Positions 1 through 12,311 of a stretch of 64,000 nt of DNA are shown here, piece after piece. Numbering within the stretch: position 1 is the first letter of the stretch; each line of letters opens with the position of its first letter. The notes beneath the pieces were generated by a model. That model ran no database searches and was not told the DNA's origin. It saw only the letters and a list, made by a program, of their open reading frames with translations. The position numbers and the translations under genes were made by a program. Source of the DNA: Curvularia clavata (lineage: Eukaryota); NCBI GenBank assembly GCA_023920165.1, contig CP089277.1:4030001-4094000 (forward strand). The letters are read 5' to 3'.

Positions 1-927
1 CAGAGACAGGCACTCCAACGTGCCAACACATTGCCCAACCCCGCCTACGAGTCCATGTTCCCGAACAACATCGACTCTGGCTTTGTTGAGGACCTCACCT
101 TCCCAGACGGTCCCAGGGGCCAATCAACAGCTGCAAAGCCCGCCTTGGACAGGAACCAGACGTCAGTCGCTCCCAACGCTACCTCCAAGCGTACCAAGAA
201 CAAGCCAGATATCCTCTCAGCATGCTGGACCTCACCACTGTGTCCTAACCACGATCAAGACGGCCCGCCTCCCAATCCATCAACTTGTGGTGGTGGATGC
301 GCGCCCTTTTTGTTTGCCGACCAAGACAATCTACCAAGCATCAACGATCTGCTTGCCGAGCCTCAAGAAATCACAGCTGAAGACGGTATTGTAGAGATTC
401 AGCCTAGGCCCAAGAAGCGATCAGAGAGTGACGTATCCGCCAACGGCTTCTCTGGTCGCCGGTTCGGGACCAAAGAGCAGGATGCATCCCCGACTGAGGA
501 TCGTCCCAGGATGAAGAGTGAGACTACAGAGGAGACATCTGCCAAAGAATCCCCTCAAACCAACGACGACGGAAAGCCAAAGTCTCGTCGGCGACTGCCA
601 CACAACCAGGTTGAGCGCAAGTACCGCGAATCACTCAACACGCAGCTCGACTCCTTGAAGCGTGTTGTACCGTCACTACAACAAAACCCACGCGCTTGCG
701 ACGGCGCTGACATTGAAGATCTGCCAGCCCCATCCAAGCCCAGCAAGGCCGTCATCCTCGCTTCAGCCACTGCTTACATTAAACAAATGGAAAAGGAAAA
801 GAAGAGCCTGGCAGATGAAAACCAAATGCTGCGTACAAGAGTAAAAGCCCTTCAAGCCTTGGTAAAATGTGACGACTGCAGCTTAATGCAGTATGTCATG
901 GATCTCAAGATCAAGCAAGGGGCTTAG
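1..927 (+). CDS. bHLH-leucine zipper transcription factor, SREBP-like basic region; 5' end probably lies upstream of the window
   Basis: ORF 31..927 starts at TTG, so the true start is uncertain. Basic/HLH region RRRLPHNQVERKYRESLNTQLDSLKRVVP...SKAVILASATAYIKQMEKEKKSLADENQMLRTRVKAL, with Tyr in ERKYR. Confidence 0.9.
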   Translation, partial: QRQALQRANTLPNPAYESMFPNNIDSGFVEDLTFPDGPRGQSTAAKPALDRNQTSVAPNATSKRTKNKPDILSACWTSPLCPNHDQDGPPPNPSTCGGGCAPFLFADQDNLPSINDLLAEPQEITAEDGIVEIQPRPKKRSESDVSANGFSGRRFGTKEQDASPTEDRPRMKSETTEETSAKESPQTNDDGKPKSRRRLPHNQVERKYRESLNTQLDSLKRVVPSLQQNPRACDGADIEDLPAPSKPSKAVILASATAYIKQMEKEKKSLADENQMLRTRVKALQALVKCDDCSLMQYVMDLKIKQGA

Positions 928-1681
928 AGGAACCTACTTTCCACTCAAGGACTTCAAGATGCCGGCATCTGTACAGCATGGGCTTGGTGTTTTGAAAAAG
1001 AAAGAATGACCCCCGGGAAAACGCTCTCTGGGTTTTATGCGCAAAAGCATGGCAGATCTTTTTGTCTCCATCTCCACACAACCACCGCTGACTTCGGCAA
1101 TCGCACTTTTTCGCTTGCCTGCATTGTTTTTTCTTAAACCTCACGGCCGAAATCACAGCAAACTGCGATCTTTTTTTTTGTAACGATAGGCGTCATGCGG
1201 CACTGGGAATCAAAAACGCGCGCGCGAAAGCGGACAGCGCTCGTTGGTGTTAAGGGCGTTACTTTTGTTTTTGTGTTGGCTTCGATTACGTGGACAGATG
1301 TAGAGCATATACCTCAGCAGAACAAATGCCCAACCATTCATCTGACAGCGTGCGCTTTGCGACTGAAGAAATAAGAATTATGTGGTACGACGAGAGCTAT
1401 GAGATGCCAATATGATGAGTGTGCTTTGCATTACATGATGGTCATTTCAGTCATGCCAACGGCTGCGAAATGGTTTTACATGATGAGTGTAGATTGACAT
1501 ATTACAGTACCCAACTGATTATGATTATTTAAACTTTTGAAATTATCATAGCGACTATTTCAACGATAATATCCTGCTCAGCACGTCCCAAACACCAGTA
1601 TACACAAGAAGAAGGCCCATTCAGTGCAAACCATGCATATTCATCATTGTCATAATCCCGTCATCGTTCCTATATGCATCA

Positions 1682-1978
1682 TCACTCGCTCTCCGGCGTC
1701 TTGCCCCCTTCATCCGTATTTCGCGCGCCAGGCCAAACATAGTCATCCGCTTCTACACCACCAAACGTTTCGTCAGCCATCCTATCCATTATCAAGTGTG
1801 GATTAAGAACGGGGCCAAACTCACGCATGCGACACTGCACGTATCCAACCGGCCAGATAGGCCCATCCCACCTGTCCCATCCATCCTCATATGAGATGAT
1901 GGCAGCTTTTTCGCGCTCAAACGCTTCGTCGGCCGCGGTCTGCGCGGCGGCTGCGGGTCCACCCATGGGTGAAGACAT
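1682..1978 (-). CDS. small hypothetical protein (~98 aa)
   Basis: ATG at 1978; protein-like composition (DEAFEREKAAIISYEDGWDRWDGPIWPVGYVQCRMREFG); no recognised domain. Confidence 0.45.
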   Translation of the reverse strand: MSSPMGGPAAAAQTAADEAFEREKAAIISYEDGWDRWDGPIWPVGYVQCRMREFGPVLNPHLIMDRMADETFGGVEADDYVWPGARNTDEGGKTPESE

Positions 1979-2729
1979 TTTACGAGTGGAGATGGTTAAG
2001 AAGACGAGGTTGTAGGGGTCGTAGAGCATACGAACACTATATGACAATAGATATATCAAGACAGAAGACTGGGGTGCTTGTGAGCTTGTTGTCAATAATG
2101 CTTAATTACAATATTCAGCACAGAAACATATCTTCTGCTATCTTATATTTACACGTGGACGCCTTGTTTGGCGGCGACTCGATGCCGCGCATTGGTATGT
2201 GTGGAGAGATCCAGTATTATTTTTTCGTTGATTCGTGTCCCACGTGCGGCGCTCAGAAAAGGTAACGCTGTCTCCAGATACCTGCGCCATGTGTGAAACG
2301 GTATCAAGGCGTCGCTCTGCACTGGTGTGGTAGATGTCGGAGGGATCCGGGACGTGAGGGAGTGGTGGCGAGACCGGGTACCTCCGTGTACTGTCACGCC
2401 ATGTGTCTCTCCACTACGGGGATTATTTGCACATATGGGATATGCAGTGCGCTTTTCAACCAAATGAGGTAGGTCAATTTAGTGGATGTGTGTTCTCCGG
2501 TATGAATTCAACGATGGTCACACCATGATGCTCTGCTGCCAATGTTGCTTGTGTGTGTCCATGTGGTCAGGATGGATGGGATAGCAAATTAAGCGCTACA
2601 CAACAACGCCTTTAATAAACCCATCCAAGGTATTTTGACATACATCAACATCAATCGCGAATATCCATACACAAGCCCTCACGTCTACATCTATTATACA
2701 CAACAATCCATTCGACCGTCCAACCTCTG

Positions 2730-3206
2730 ATGTCATTATACCCCAACATCCTCCACACATCCACCTACAACACCATGCTCGCCCGGCACCCCCAACTACC
2801 TTCACCCAACGATTCCGATCTCTCAAACTCTCCCCAACATCTACACCAACCGCACCACCCCACCGGCCACACCCCCCACCACCACGACATTTCCACAACC
2901 CTTACGACCCTCCTCACCCACCTCTTCGCTCCCACAGCGCATCTCCAATGCACATGCTCAACACCTGTCTTCTCACCCTCGCCCTCGTCCTCCTATAACA
3001 CCCCAGCGCACCCGAAATTGCTTCCGGACGACGATATGGTGTTGCTGGTTGGAGACGAGGTAGATGGGGGGCCGTTGTGTAGGGAGGAGGGTATTGAGGC
3101 GTGGAAGGAGCAGAAGGACGGGAATTGGAGGGGGTGTGAAAAGAGGGGAAGGAGGAGAAGCATAGAGTGGTTGGCGAGGGTGATTTCGAGAGAGGGTGGG
3201 AATTAG
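2730..3206 (+). CDS. hypothetical His/Pro-rich orphan protein (158 aa)
   Basis: Single ATG-initiated ORF; His/Pro-rich N-half and charged C-half; no recognised domain. Confidence 0.4.
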   Translation: MSLYPNILHTSTYNTMLARHPQLPSPNDSDLSNSPQHLHQPHHPTGHTPHHHDISTTLTTLLTHLFAPTAHLQCTCSTPVFSPSPSSSYNTPAHPKLLPDDDMVLLVGDEVDGGPLCREEGIEAWKEQKDGNWRGCEKRGRRRSIEWLARVISREGGN

Positions 3207-4199
3207 AGCGAGAGAAAGACAGCAAGGGAAAAGGACAGGTCTTGTACTGTCCACTGCTGGTAACTTCCTTGGGTTGAGTTTTAGTCTCTCGGGTTTGGAG
3301 TTGGAGTTTTTTCTCTTCTTGTTCGGCAAGAGTACAGGAAGAGATGGGAAAGTGCAAGCGTTGGATCGTCTTCGGCCTAACGCTCATAACCTTCTTGGTT
3401 TGGACTTCCTTTGGGGAGCTGGATTTTTCTTTTTTCTTTTCTCTGAGAGTACCTACGTGAGAATCAGGGCAGTTTAGGCGTTTAGGGAATTTTTCTGGTC
3501 TAATGTTCATACTACTCAGGTAGCAAAGGGTCTTGTTGCCTTCTTTTTTCTCCCTTTGTTCACATCTCATGGCAGAGAACGAACACTAGATATGTTTTGC
3601 AGTTCGGGCACATCTAGAGCAGGCAGAGCGTTGATACATTAAGCCTTTGGGTTGCATGTTGGTTGAAAAGAGAACTGCTTTCCATTGGGAATTTATGTTT
3701 TTGACAATAATGAAAACAGTAGATACCGTTTCGCGATGCTTCTACGAGTGAAAATAGAAAGATTAAAGTGATTGTATGACGTATCCAATGCTCATTGCAA
3801 TCTAGCGAGGAGATCGATCAAGTCAGTCTGTCTTGTCGTACTTAATGTTTTGCAGTCCATACAACTGAATAGTCCGCATATCTGAGAATCTTGAAGCAAC
3901 CGTTCAATCCATATACTTCACACCCACCCTACCTTGGTCGCCTCTTTCAAACGTTTTGATATTCTGCATTTTTCGATTATTCCCGCATCCAGACCCTTCA
4001 AAAGAAAACATGTTCTCGAACATGGTTGATCTTTTCCTAGCCACAATTAACCGTCTACTAGCTCCTTGGCATCAAGATATGTCACTGGGCGTTGCTGATT
4101 GGCCTATTCACAAGCCAGAATCCTTGCTTAAAAAGAACCACCAACGACATCGCAACGTGAACTTTAGCTACACCAGGGCTTTGTACTTTCGCAATCGCC

Positions 4200-5476
4200 A
4201 TGAATACAATCGAGCACGGATCGATACACAATATGCAGGATGGGAGAAGAGACGAGGAAGACATTGAAAAGGCTGGTGGCGAGCAGGGAAAAGGAAACGA
4301 CAGGATCATAGGTAAGATGGCAATGTAGTCCACCAGAAACGGAAACTCATGGTTGTTGACAGGCCTCGATATTGAAAAGAGAGAACTCCCACCTCTCAAG
4401 GCATTGTCCTTCCTAGATCGCTTTCTGGTAGTCTGGATCATTCTTGCTATGGGGATAGGTATCGCCATAGGGAATACCGTCGACGGCGTAGGACCAGCGT
4501 TGCAAAAAGGCGAATTTGTTGGCGTGAGTGTACCAATAGGTATGCGATGTCCAGACCGCCAGCTATCTCTCTGAATACTGACCGTAATCGCACAGCAATC
4601 GGCTTACTTGTCATGATGTACCCCATCCTCTGCAAAGTCCGCTACGAGACGCTGCACCTGCTGCTCAAGTCCAAGGAACTCTGGATCCAAATTGCCGTCT
4701 CCTTCGTTCTGAACTGGATCATCGCTCCGCTATTCATGGTAGGCCTTGCCTGGGCTTTTCTGCCAGATCGCCAGGACCTGCGCGAAGGCTTGATCTTTGT
4801 CGGCATAGCGAGATGCATTGCTATGGTGCTCGTCTGGACCGATCTTGCTCAGGGCGATGGGGACTACTGTGCGGTTCTTGTCGCCTTCAATTCCATACTG
4901 CAAATTGTACTGTTTGCACCTTTCGCTATCTTTTACATCCAGGTTGTCAGCCACGGTGAAAAGACATCGGTATCCTACCAAGGTGTTGCACAAAGTGTAG
5001 GGGTATTCCTCGGCATACCCCTCGGTGCAGCGGTGGTTACCAGGCTCGCGCTGAGAACCCTGTTGGGAGAAGACAGATACCAGCGCCGCTTCATCAGATA
5101 CATTGCACCTTTCTCCCTAATTGGCTTGATCTACACCATCATTATCCTCTTCGCAAGTCAGGGTGCGCACGTCGTCAGACAGATTACAGATGTTCTTCGG
5201 GTTTGCGCGCCATTACTCATCTACTTCTCGGTCATATTCACGAGCACCGTTTGGTTCTGCTGGAAAATGGGCTTTGGGTATAAAGTCAGCTGCACACAGA
5301 GTTTCACTGCCGCGAGTAACAACTTCGAACTCGCTATTGCAGTTGTGGTCGCCGTATATGGCGCAGGAAGTGGGCAAGCTCTGGCAAGTACGGTTGGACC
5401 TTTGATTGAGGTGCCAGTCCTTGTGCTATTGGTATACGTGTTGAAGTGGATCCGAACGAGATGGCAATGGGTCTAG
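4200..5476 (+). CDS. ACR3: Acr3 family arsenite/antimonite efflux transporter (3 exons)
   Basis: ATG 4200 (cgccATG); introns ~4312-4362 and ~4541-4595 (GT..AG). Motifs LSFLDRFL, IGLLVMMYPILCKV, GIARCIAMVLVW (conserved Cys), SNNFELAIAV, VGPLIEVPVL. Confidence 0.95.
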
Positions 5477-8400
5477 AAGGTGTGAGATCGAAAAGCAATC
5501 AACTGCGATCAGATTCGCCCCCGGAACAATACTAGAATAGGAAATTGGGACCCTGGCATAAAGAAGGATCATTCGGAGATAGCCTTGGTCCGGGAGATGC
5601 TTGTTCATAATGGGAAGCGGCATCTACCCATTGATAGCAACCCGATGACCCGCATAAGCCAGGTAGGCTTTCATGCGATTCCAGCATGGTGTATTCGGGA
5701 ATTGGTCCCTGTGGAATGATATCCAAGTAGCGGGAACCGTAGCCATGGGTTGAGGGTGGGCTTTGAGCGTTTTAGGGCTTGTGCTAATCTCCTAGTTTCT
5801 CAGCATACGGAGAAGCGTACTGTATCGTTCTGCAAATCACGTAACCCTTGGGTGACACGAAGAGTGGTGTTGCCGTCTGATTTGCAAGGAGGCGCAGAGC
5901 CTGTTGTCAAATGCGTCCGGAGAAGATTCCTTACTTACTTGCAGTGCTTTCGCTTAGCAAACGCGACATTTTAGGCGCATAGAATTCTGCGTCAGATTCT
6001 ACCACCTGACCAACGCCAGCCAGGGTACATCTCCCGTGCAAACCCCATACGGAGATACCTTCCTCACACGGGCCATGCGGCTTACAAGTCCGAAGCCACA
6101 AGAGACGGCGGAATTTTGAATATACGGTAGGCGGTGAGAGACGGCCGCGATCTTATCGTCGTTGATAATGATCAACCGGTGGCTCATACCGCAGCAAAAC
6201 TCATTAATCGTGCATGAACCTGCGCACTATGAACCGATGAGTGCAAAAGGCCAGAATCATCTGTGAGACGGTAATACGAAATCCTTCCATTGAACGGTAC
6301 ATCAGGGGCGTTGTGAGAAAACTGATGTCCGGGGCGTTTGCTTCCATAAGAACAAGAAACTCGTCATGGCGGAGATAGGCGCCCCATCGGAAATGCCGAT
6401 TCGTCGCTAGAGATGGACGCAAATGATGTCGCCATAGTCTGGCTGAACCTCATGTGCAGCGTGGAAGCTATTACATGCGAGTGTTGATTGCAGACACCCA
6501 GCTAGAAAGTTCCATGTAGATACGCAGATACATACGAAGTACATGCTCAATGCATTTACTGTTCGTGCCCCACAATCCTACTACGTATGTACATACATAC
6601 GTAATTGTCTAGTTGCACAAACCGAGCGAGTAAGTCGTGTATGCACAGGACGAATGATTTCGTACTGTGGCAGAGAACTAAAGTCTGTCAGTATCGTACG
6701 TGATGGGAGCCTTGGCAACAGTCTCAAGGTTACGGCTGTAAGCATCCGTTGCGCCAGGTGGAACGCTTTCCAACCATCCCTGTACATTTTACTGGCACAC
6801 ACGTTCGGAAATTTGGTGGCTCTGTAACTGCTGGACATGACTCCAAAGTCCAAGGATCCATCCATTCGTGGTATCTTGCGACACATAGACAGTTTGGTAT
6901 ACTGCATGCGGATAGGTAACGAGGTGTTTGCTCGGCACAGCTGTCGTGATGTAGAAGCGTAAGTAGCATGCGAGAAAGATTTGGTAGATGCAGGATATAG
7001 AGCGCATTGTTCAATAGGTCACAACTTTATATGTAATCAAGCACAATGTTGATGGCGCACTCAAAAACAGTCTTGCGGGTCAGGCCTCGGGCGTAAACTT
7101 GGCGGTTGTTGGACTCAGGTCCTGCTTACTCATGCTAAACGATCGGTAAACAAATATGAAGCTACATGTTTTTTTTTCCTTTGCGATGCACAGCTTCACC
7201 AGCATGGTTGTGGTAGTCGTGGGAACGTAGGAGAGCCACTCCGCAATCTTGACAGGAAGCCGCTATAAGCGCCAGGCGCTGAGACATAGGCCGAGAGAAG
7301 TTCCGTATGTTCAGTAAGATTAGGCATGACGTAGAGAAGTCTGCATTTGGGCAGGTGTTGGCGAGGTAGTGGGAGGATCTTGCACATCAGGGCAGTTATG
7401 CTCGATGCCGATGTTTGTTTCGTCGATGGTGACAGCCGAGCCGTCGGGCACAGAACGGCGTGCTCAGTTACCAACGCACACGTTGCTCTTAACAGCTGCA
7501 ATATAGCTGGAACATATCCATGACGGCTGAAACTTGTGCTCCAATGCGCTAGGACGGCGGTAGGGCTTCGGCTACCGTGGTCTTTTGTCTCAGGAGTGTC
7601 AGATGTGTGCGCCCCGCATGCGCTTCACCGTGCAGTCGACGAATTGTGGCTCGAAGCGCGCCTCGTAGCGGGGACCCACGTGCTTGCTGCCAGCGAGAAC
7701 AAGCATTCACCTTGCTGATGGCCGTCAAATGTGAAAGACAGGTTGCTTCTACGTTGGAAGGGAATAGGCGTCCCTTTCTGTCCGTTGTTCCGAAAAGGGC
7801 GGACTGGCGATTCTGGAGCGGACAAAGATGCAGTTGGCCCGGTTGGCGGCGCACTCTTCTTTCCCAGCCTTGTGGAGCACCCGGGACAGCGGTTCCGCCA
7901 GGCTAGCGAAGACCGTGTCTCAATCTGCCCTACCCTGCCCCGTCTGACTGTCTAGCTGTCTGGTTGTCTCGCGCTCCCCGCACTCTTGTCGCCTTGACAC
8001 CACCTCAGGCCTGAGTGTTCGTCTTGAACCTTGCAGCTATTCCTTGCAACGTTGCATCGGCCTGGCGCGATGCAGCTGTTTGGACTGTAGCTGAAACTGC
8101 TCCTCTCCGTTCCGTCAACAGGAACCGTCGGACCTCGCTACCGTCCCCTCCCCCCAGCAGGACCTGGATCGTCGCCGCTTACAAAGAAGAAGAAAAAGAA
8201 TTATCAACGTGGTGCATTCATGTTGCTGGCAGCCAGGGCCTGAGATGACAGCAGACGTGGAGAGTGGGCCAGGAGCCCCTTGGGCCCCCTTTGAATACGA
8301 CACTAGCAAGAGCTCGTTTGACCCAGGTTATGGTTGCCCCGTGGCATTGGATAGATGGCGCACGGCCAGGGCCTTGGCTGCTCGCAGTGTTCAGTTCGCG

Positions 8401-9947
8401 AGCTCGACAGTCTTTCCGTGTGCGGCGCAGCTGAGGGGGACGGCAGCTAAGAGCCGCCAGCGCAACATGTATGATCCTAGGCGAACCACCCATCTGGGAG
8501 CGTAGTCGACTCTGGCAGCCATCGGCGTCTTGACTATGTCCCGTGTCGGCGATTGCATGAGCATCACACAGCCAATCTCACCCGTTGGCTTTCTAAATTT
8601 GTCAGCGGGAGTAGCGCTCGTTACTCGGATGCATAAAGAACATGGACAGGTTCCTGTTTGTGTGTGTGTGTACGTCGAAGCGATGCTGACTAGATGTAGG
8701 GCGCGGCAAAGATCTACGCCAGTGCCCTATGACATAGGTCGCTAGCGAGGCCTGTCATGTCTCTGTACATGGGCAAACCAGGACGCCCATGCTATGGCGG
8801 CGGCCCACTTGCTCTACAAGCTGGACAGAGCGCATGGGTGCCTCACCGCCGGGTCGTTGGCTGCGATGGTGCTCGTGTTGCGGTTGACGACTGTATGTAC
8901 ATAGCATAGTGGTGCGGCCGACACAAACAGATGAAGAAATAAAAATAAAAAAAAAGGTGGGACTACACTGACAGGCCACATTATGTAACCCTTCCTGTAC
9001 CGAACGACGATACGGGCAGCGGAACGGCGCGCGGCGCTGCAACAGAAAAAGTGTATCCATGATGGGGTCGTGGCCGTGCAGCGCAATGCGAGCCCTGGCC
9101 TGTCATGATTGACCAGGGCACAGTGGGCGCAATGAGGCCGGGTCTAGCGTGCATCTTTGGCAACGTGCATACTCGGTCGCGCAGCATACCGGAAAACGCG
9201 CCAGAAGGAGAGGGTGCATGGAGTTGCGTATAGCGCGCCTCATGACGGTGGACTGGGAATTGAGGACTAGACCAAGCCGAACTGGCGTCTCGCGTAAGCA
9301 GCATGGTGATTGAGCATTTGCGGAGATTATCGATGCCGCACGGTACTGTGATTTGGATTTGGCTAGTCATGTCGGACGTGAATGCAAAAGCGTCACTTGT
9401 GCCGATTGAGGCATGTGTGTATATTTGAGTGCTGATGGTATAAGGTGCAGTATACGATGCAGACACTACTGAGCCACAAGAGAAGCGAAGAGAAGAAAAG
9501 GGGGGCGGCGAGGGACGCCTGGAACGCCAATGCAGGCAACCGAGGGCAGTTGATTCGCGCGAGGCCACGCCGTAGTTGGCTGCGAGGCCCGATATGGCAG
9601 ACGACGAGCGACGGGTCCTGTCATGGCTTGCTGCACATGGTAAATGGGGGGGGGCCATGGTGGGAGCGTGCCATTCGCTGGAGTGGAGACATGGTACGGG
9701 ATTCCGCGCAGCTCTCTTACCGGTCCATTGGGCAGGCCAGGCCAATGCGAGACAGGGCCGGCCGGGGCAGCATAGAGTACGAAGTAGATGGGTACAGGAA
9801 TACAAAGAAGGGCCGGCGGCGTATGCGTGGACGGCGATGATGTTGACCATGGCCATGGGCGAGAAAGCAGGACGTGGGTGGTGGTGGATGGCATGAGGGC
9901 GACTGGATAGCATCTGACGGCGGCGGTGGTGGTAGGGCGGCAGAGGC

Positions 9948-9990
9948 ATCAGCAGCAGAAACAGCAGCAGCAGCGGTAGCAGCAGCAGCA
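9948..9990. repeat. imperfect (CAG)n microsatellite
   Basis: cagcagcagaaacagcagcagcagcggtagcagcagcagca. Confidence 0.8.
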
Positions 9991-10610
9991 GGTGGATGAG
10001 GTAATGATGTATGTGTATATGCAGCGGCAAGAGTTGAGGCCAGCGGTGGCTGTCATAGCATTGTGAGCAAGGTAGTGTGGCAGCGTGTTGGGCAGAGGCG
10101 TGGGTGCACGGGTCTACATCCGAGAGTATGGTAGCTGGAAAGGACTAGGCCGGATTGGGGCGACCGCCGAAAAAGAAGCAGGCGCGATGGTGGCCGGGTG
10201 GCATGGGGCCACCTAGTAATTAATAGCTGTGCTGCTAATGGCCTACGCCGCCGATGGGTGCAGTGCAGTATTCTGCAGAGCGGTGCGCTGCTCTGCAAAG
10301 ATGGGTGGAGCCGCCTCGGACTGCCTCTTGCATTCATGCCGGCACGCCTGCGTGTAGTCGACCAGCCCCAGCCCAGCGTCAGCCCGTCTCGCTTTTAAAT
10401 ACGTCGCGCCGCCCTCTCGCCCTCGCCCTAGAAGGAGTTTGAGATCCGGCGGCCTGCTCACTGCTGCTACCATTCCACCACTACCTACACCGTTACTAAC
10501 GCCGCCATCCGCCCGCTCCCATATACACGACGCCCTGCCTCTCCCTCTCCCTCTCCCTCGCTCCCTCGCTGCCGCGCCCGCCAGTCGTCATCTTCACCGT
10601 CACCGCCACG

Positions 10611-10631
10611 ACTACTACTACTACTACTACT
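10611..10631. repeat. (CTA)n microsatellite in the laeA upstream/leader region
   Basis: actactactactactactact. Confidence 0.85.
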
Positions 10632-10706
10632 CGGACGCTGCGTCTCTTTGCCCGTCTGCCGCCCGTCTCCGCAGCGACACGTGAAGCCAGAGTGTGCTTT
10701 CGTCCC

Positions 10707-10772
10707 ATGATCAGCGCCCGCACCGCGACTCAGCACCTCACAGCCCCAATCTCTGCTGCAGCAACCTACTAG
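10707..10772 (+). promoter_or_regulatory. upstream ORF (21 aa, MISARTATQHLTAPISAAATY*) in frame with laeA
   Basis: ATG 10707, TAG 10770-10772; same reading frame as laeA ATG 10863, with no other stop in between. Confidence 0.55.
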
Positions 10773-10862
10773 CATCCGCCCCCCGGCAATTCGAGCCAGC
10801 CCGCCCAAACCCCCCTCTCTTTTCCCGCCCCTGAGGCTGTTCAGCGACCGCCGTTCGCTCCA

Positions 10863-12311
10863 ATGCTCACGATGACATCGAATGGGTGAGTGTTCCGCTT
10901 CTCCCCGCTCTCTGTGCAACCCTCTCCAACCCCGGCGCCAGTGCGCCCTGTACTGGCCGAGCCAAGCGGCGCACTACCACTCTTCGCACAAGGCTAACCC
11001 GTCCCCCCCTCCCCAGACTGCCCGTGCCCGCTCAGAACAGCAACTACATGGAAAATGGCCGCTGGTATCATGGCTTCCGGAGAGGCATCTACATGTACCC
11101 GTGCGACGAGGTAGGCAGCCGCCCGCTTTATCTTCCCACCGCTTGCTGCGCTGACGCGACACGTAGCCAGAAAAGGATCGCATGGACATTTACCACCAGT
11201 TCTTCGCCGTGGCACGGAGAGGCCAGCTACACCAGGCGCCCGTGCCCGCAGAGCCACACTTACAGCCCCGCATCCTCGATGTAGGCTGTGGGACGGGTAT
11301 CTGGGCAATTGACATGGCCGAGTAAGTTTGCGTTCCGCAGCTTGCACTTTGAGTCCCGTAAGGCTAACCACAACGGCACCAGCAAATACCTAAACGCAGA
11401 GGTACGGCTCACGCTCTAAACTACGGCTCCGATACACTGCGGCCACCGACAGACAGCTAACGTAACTTTGTGCAGGTTCTAGGCTTAGATCTGGTCAACA
11501 TCCAACCCGAAAAGTAGGCCGCCCAAAACTGCATTGCCCCAGCGCGACACTGACGAATCCGCGCAGAATTCCCCCGAACCTGCGGTTCCGTGTACCACGC
11601 GATTACGAGAGCCCGTGGACGCTCGGCGAGGATTCATGGGATCTGATTCACCTGCGCATGGCCTGTGGCAGCGTGACGAGCTGGCCGGAGCTGTACCAGA
11701 AGATTTACGCGTATGCAGTGCTCTCCCAACCCCTACCGTCTTGCCACCATTGCTGACCGGGCGCCCCAGGCACCTCAAACCAGGCACCGGCTGGATCGAG
11801 CACATTGAAGTCGACATGGAACCCCGCTGCGACGATTACACACTCCCTCCCGATAGCATGCTTCACAAGTGGTACGGCTGGCTGGCGGATGCCACACAAC
11901 GAGCTTCGCGGCCCATTGCATACGAACATCGTACTCGGCAGCTGCTGCAGGCAGCCGGCTTCATTGACATACAAGAGACGGTGATTCGCGTTCCCTACAA
12001 CACATGGCCCAATGACCCGCACCAGAAGGACATTGGCAGGTGGTACAATCTGGGCCTGACCGAGGGCCTGGAGGCACTAACCTTTGCCCCTCTGACCAGA
12101 GTCTACCAGTGGGACCTCGAGGCCCATGTCCGGCCCATCATCGAGGCTGTACGCAGAGAGCTCTGCAACCGGAAAATCCATGCGTACAACAACATGTAGG
12201 TGGCACCTCCTCCCGCTGCGTCGTACCAATTGTTTGCTTCATGTTACCCGTCGATGCTGATAGCTTGTTTCTTGTAGTCACATCTGGACGGCCCGCCGCC
12301 CCCAGCAATAG
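10863..12311 (+). CDS. laeA: LaeA, SAM-dependent methyltransferase-domain global regulator of secondary metabolism (velvet complex); 8 exons
   Basis: Exons 10863-10885, 11017-11110, 11167-11321, 11383-11401, 11476-11513, 11567-11710, 11770-12195, 12278-12311 splice in frame to ...[30 protein letters not shown]...[18 protein letters not shown]...GWIEHIEVD...[16 protein letters not shown]...[10 protein letters not shown]. Alternative ATG at 10872. Confidence 0.93.

Noticed and set aside
2914..3570. 218-aa minus-strand Lys-rich ORF
   Set aside because: Overlaps the 2730-3206 ORF, is low complexity and has no domain; cannot be supported as a gene.
4200..5476. Arsenic-resistance gene cluster around ACR3
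   Set aside because: No arsenate reductase, ArsH, arsenite methyltransferase or Yap-type TF recognised nearby; the methyltransferase downstream is LaeA.
7770..7826. Possible pseudoknot or hairpin (CCCTTT/AAAGGG and TGTCCGTT/AGCGGACA)
   Set aside because: Short stems with atypical loop geometry; no RNA family signature.
8981..10030. 349-aa minus-strand ORF and overlapping ORFs upstream of laeA
   Set aside because: Non-ATG start, GC-rich low-complexity and microsatellite-derived sequence, no domain; probably a chance ORF.
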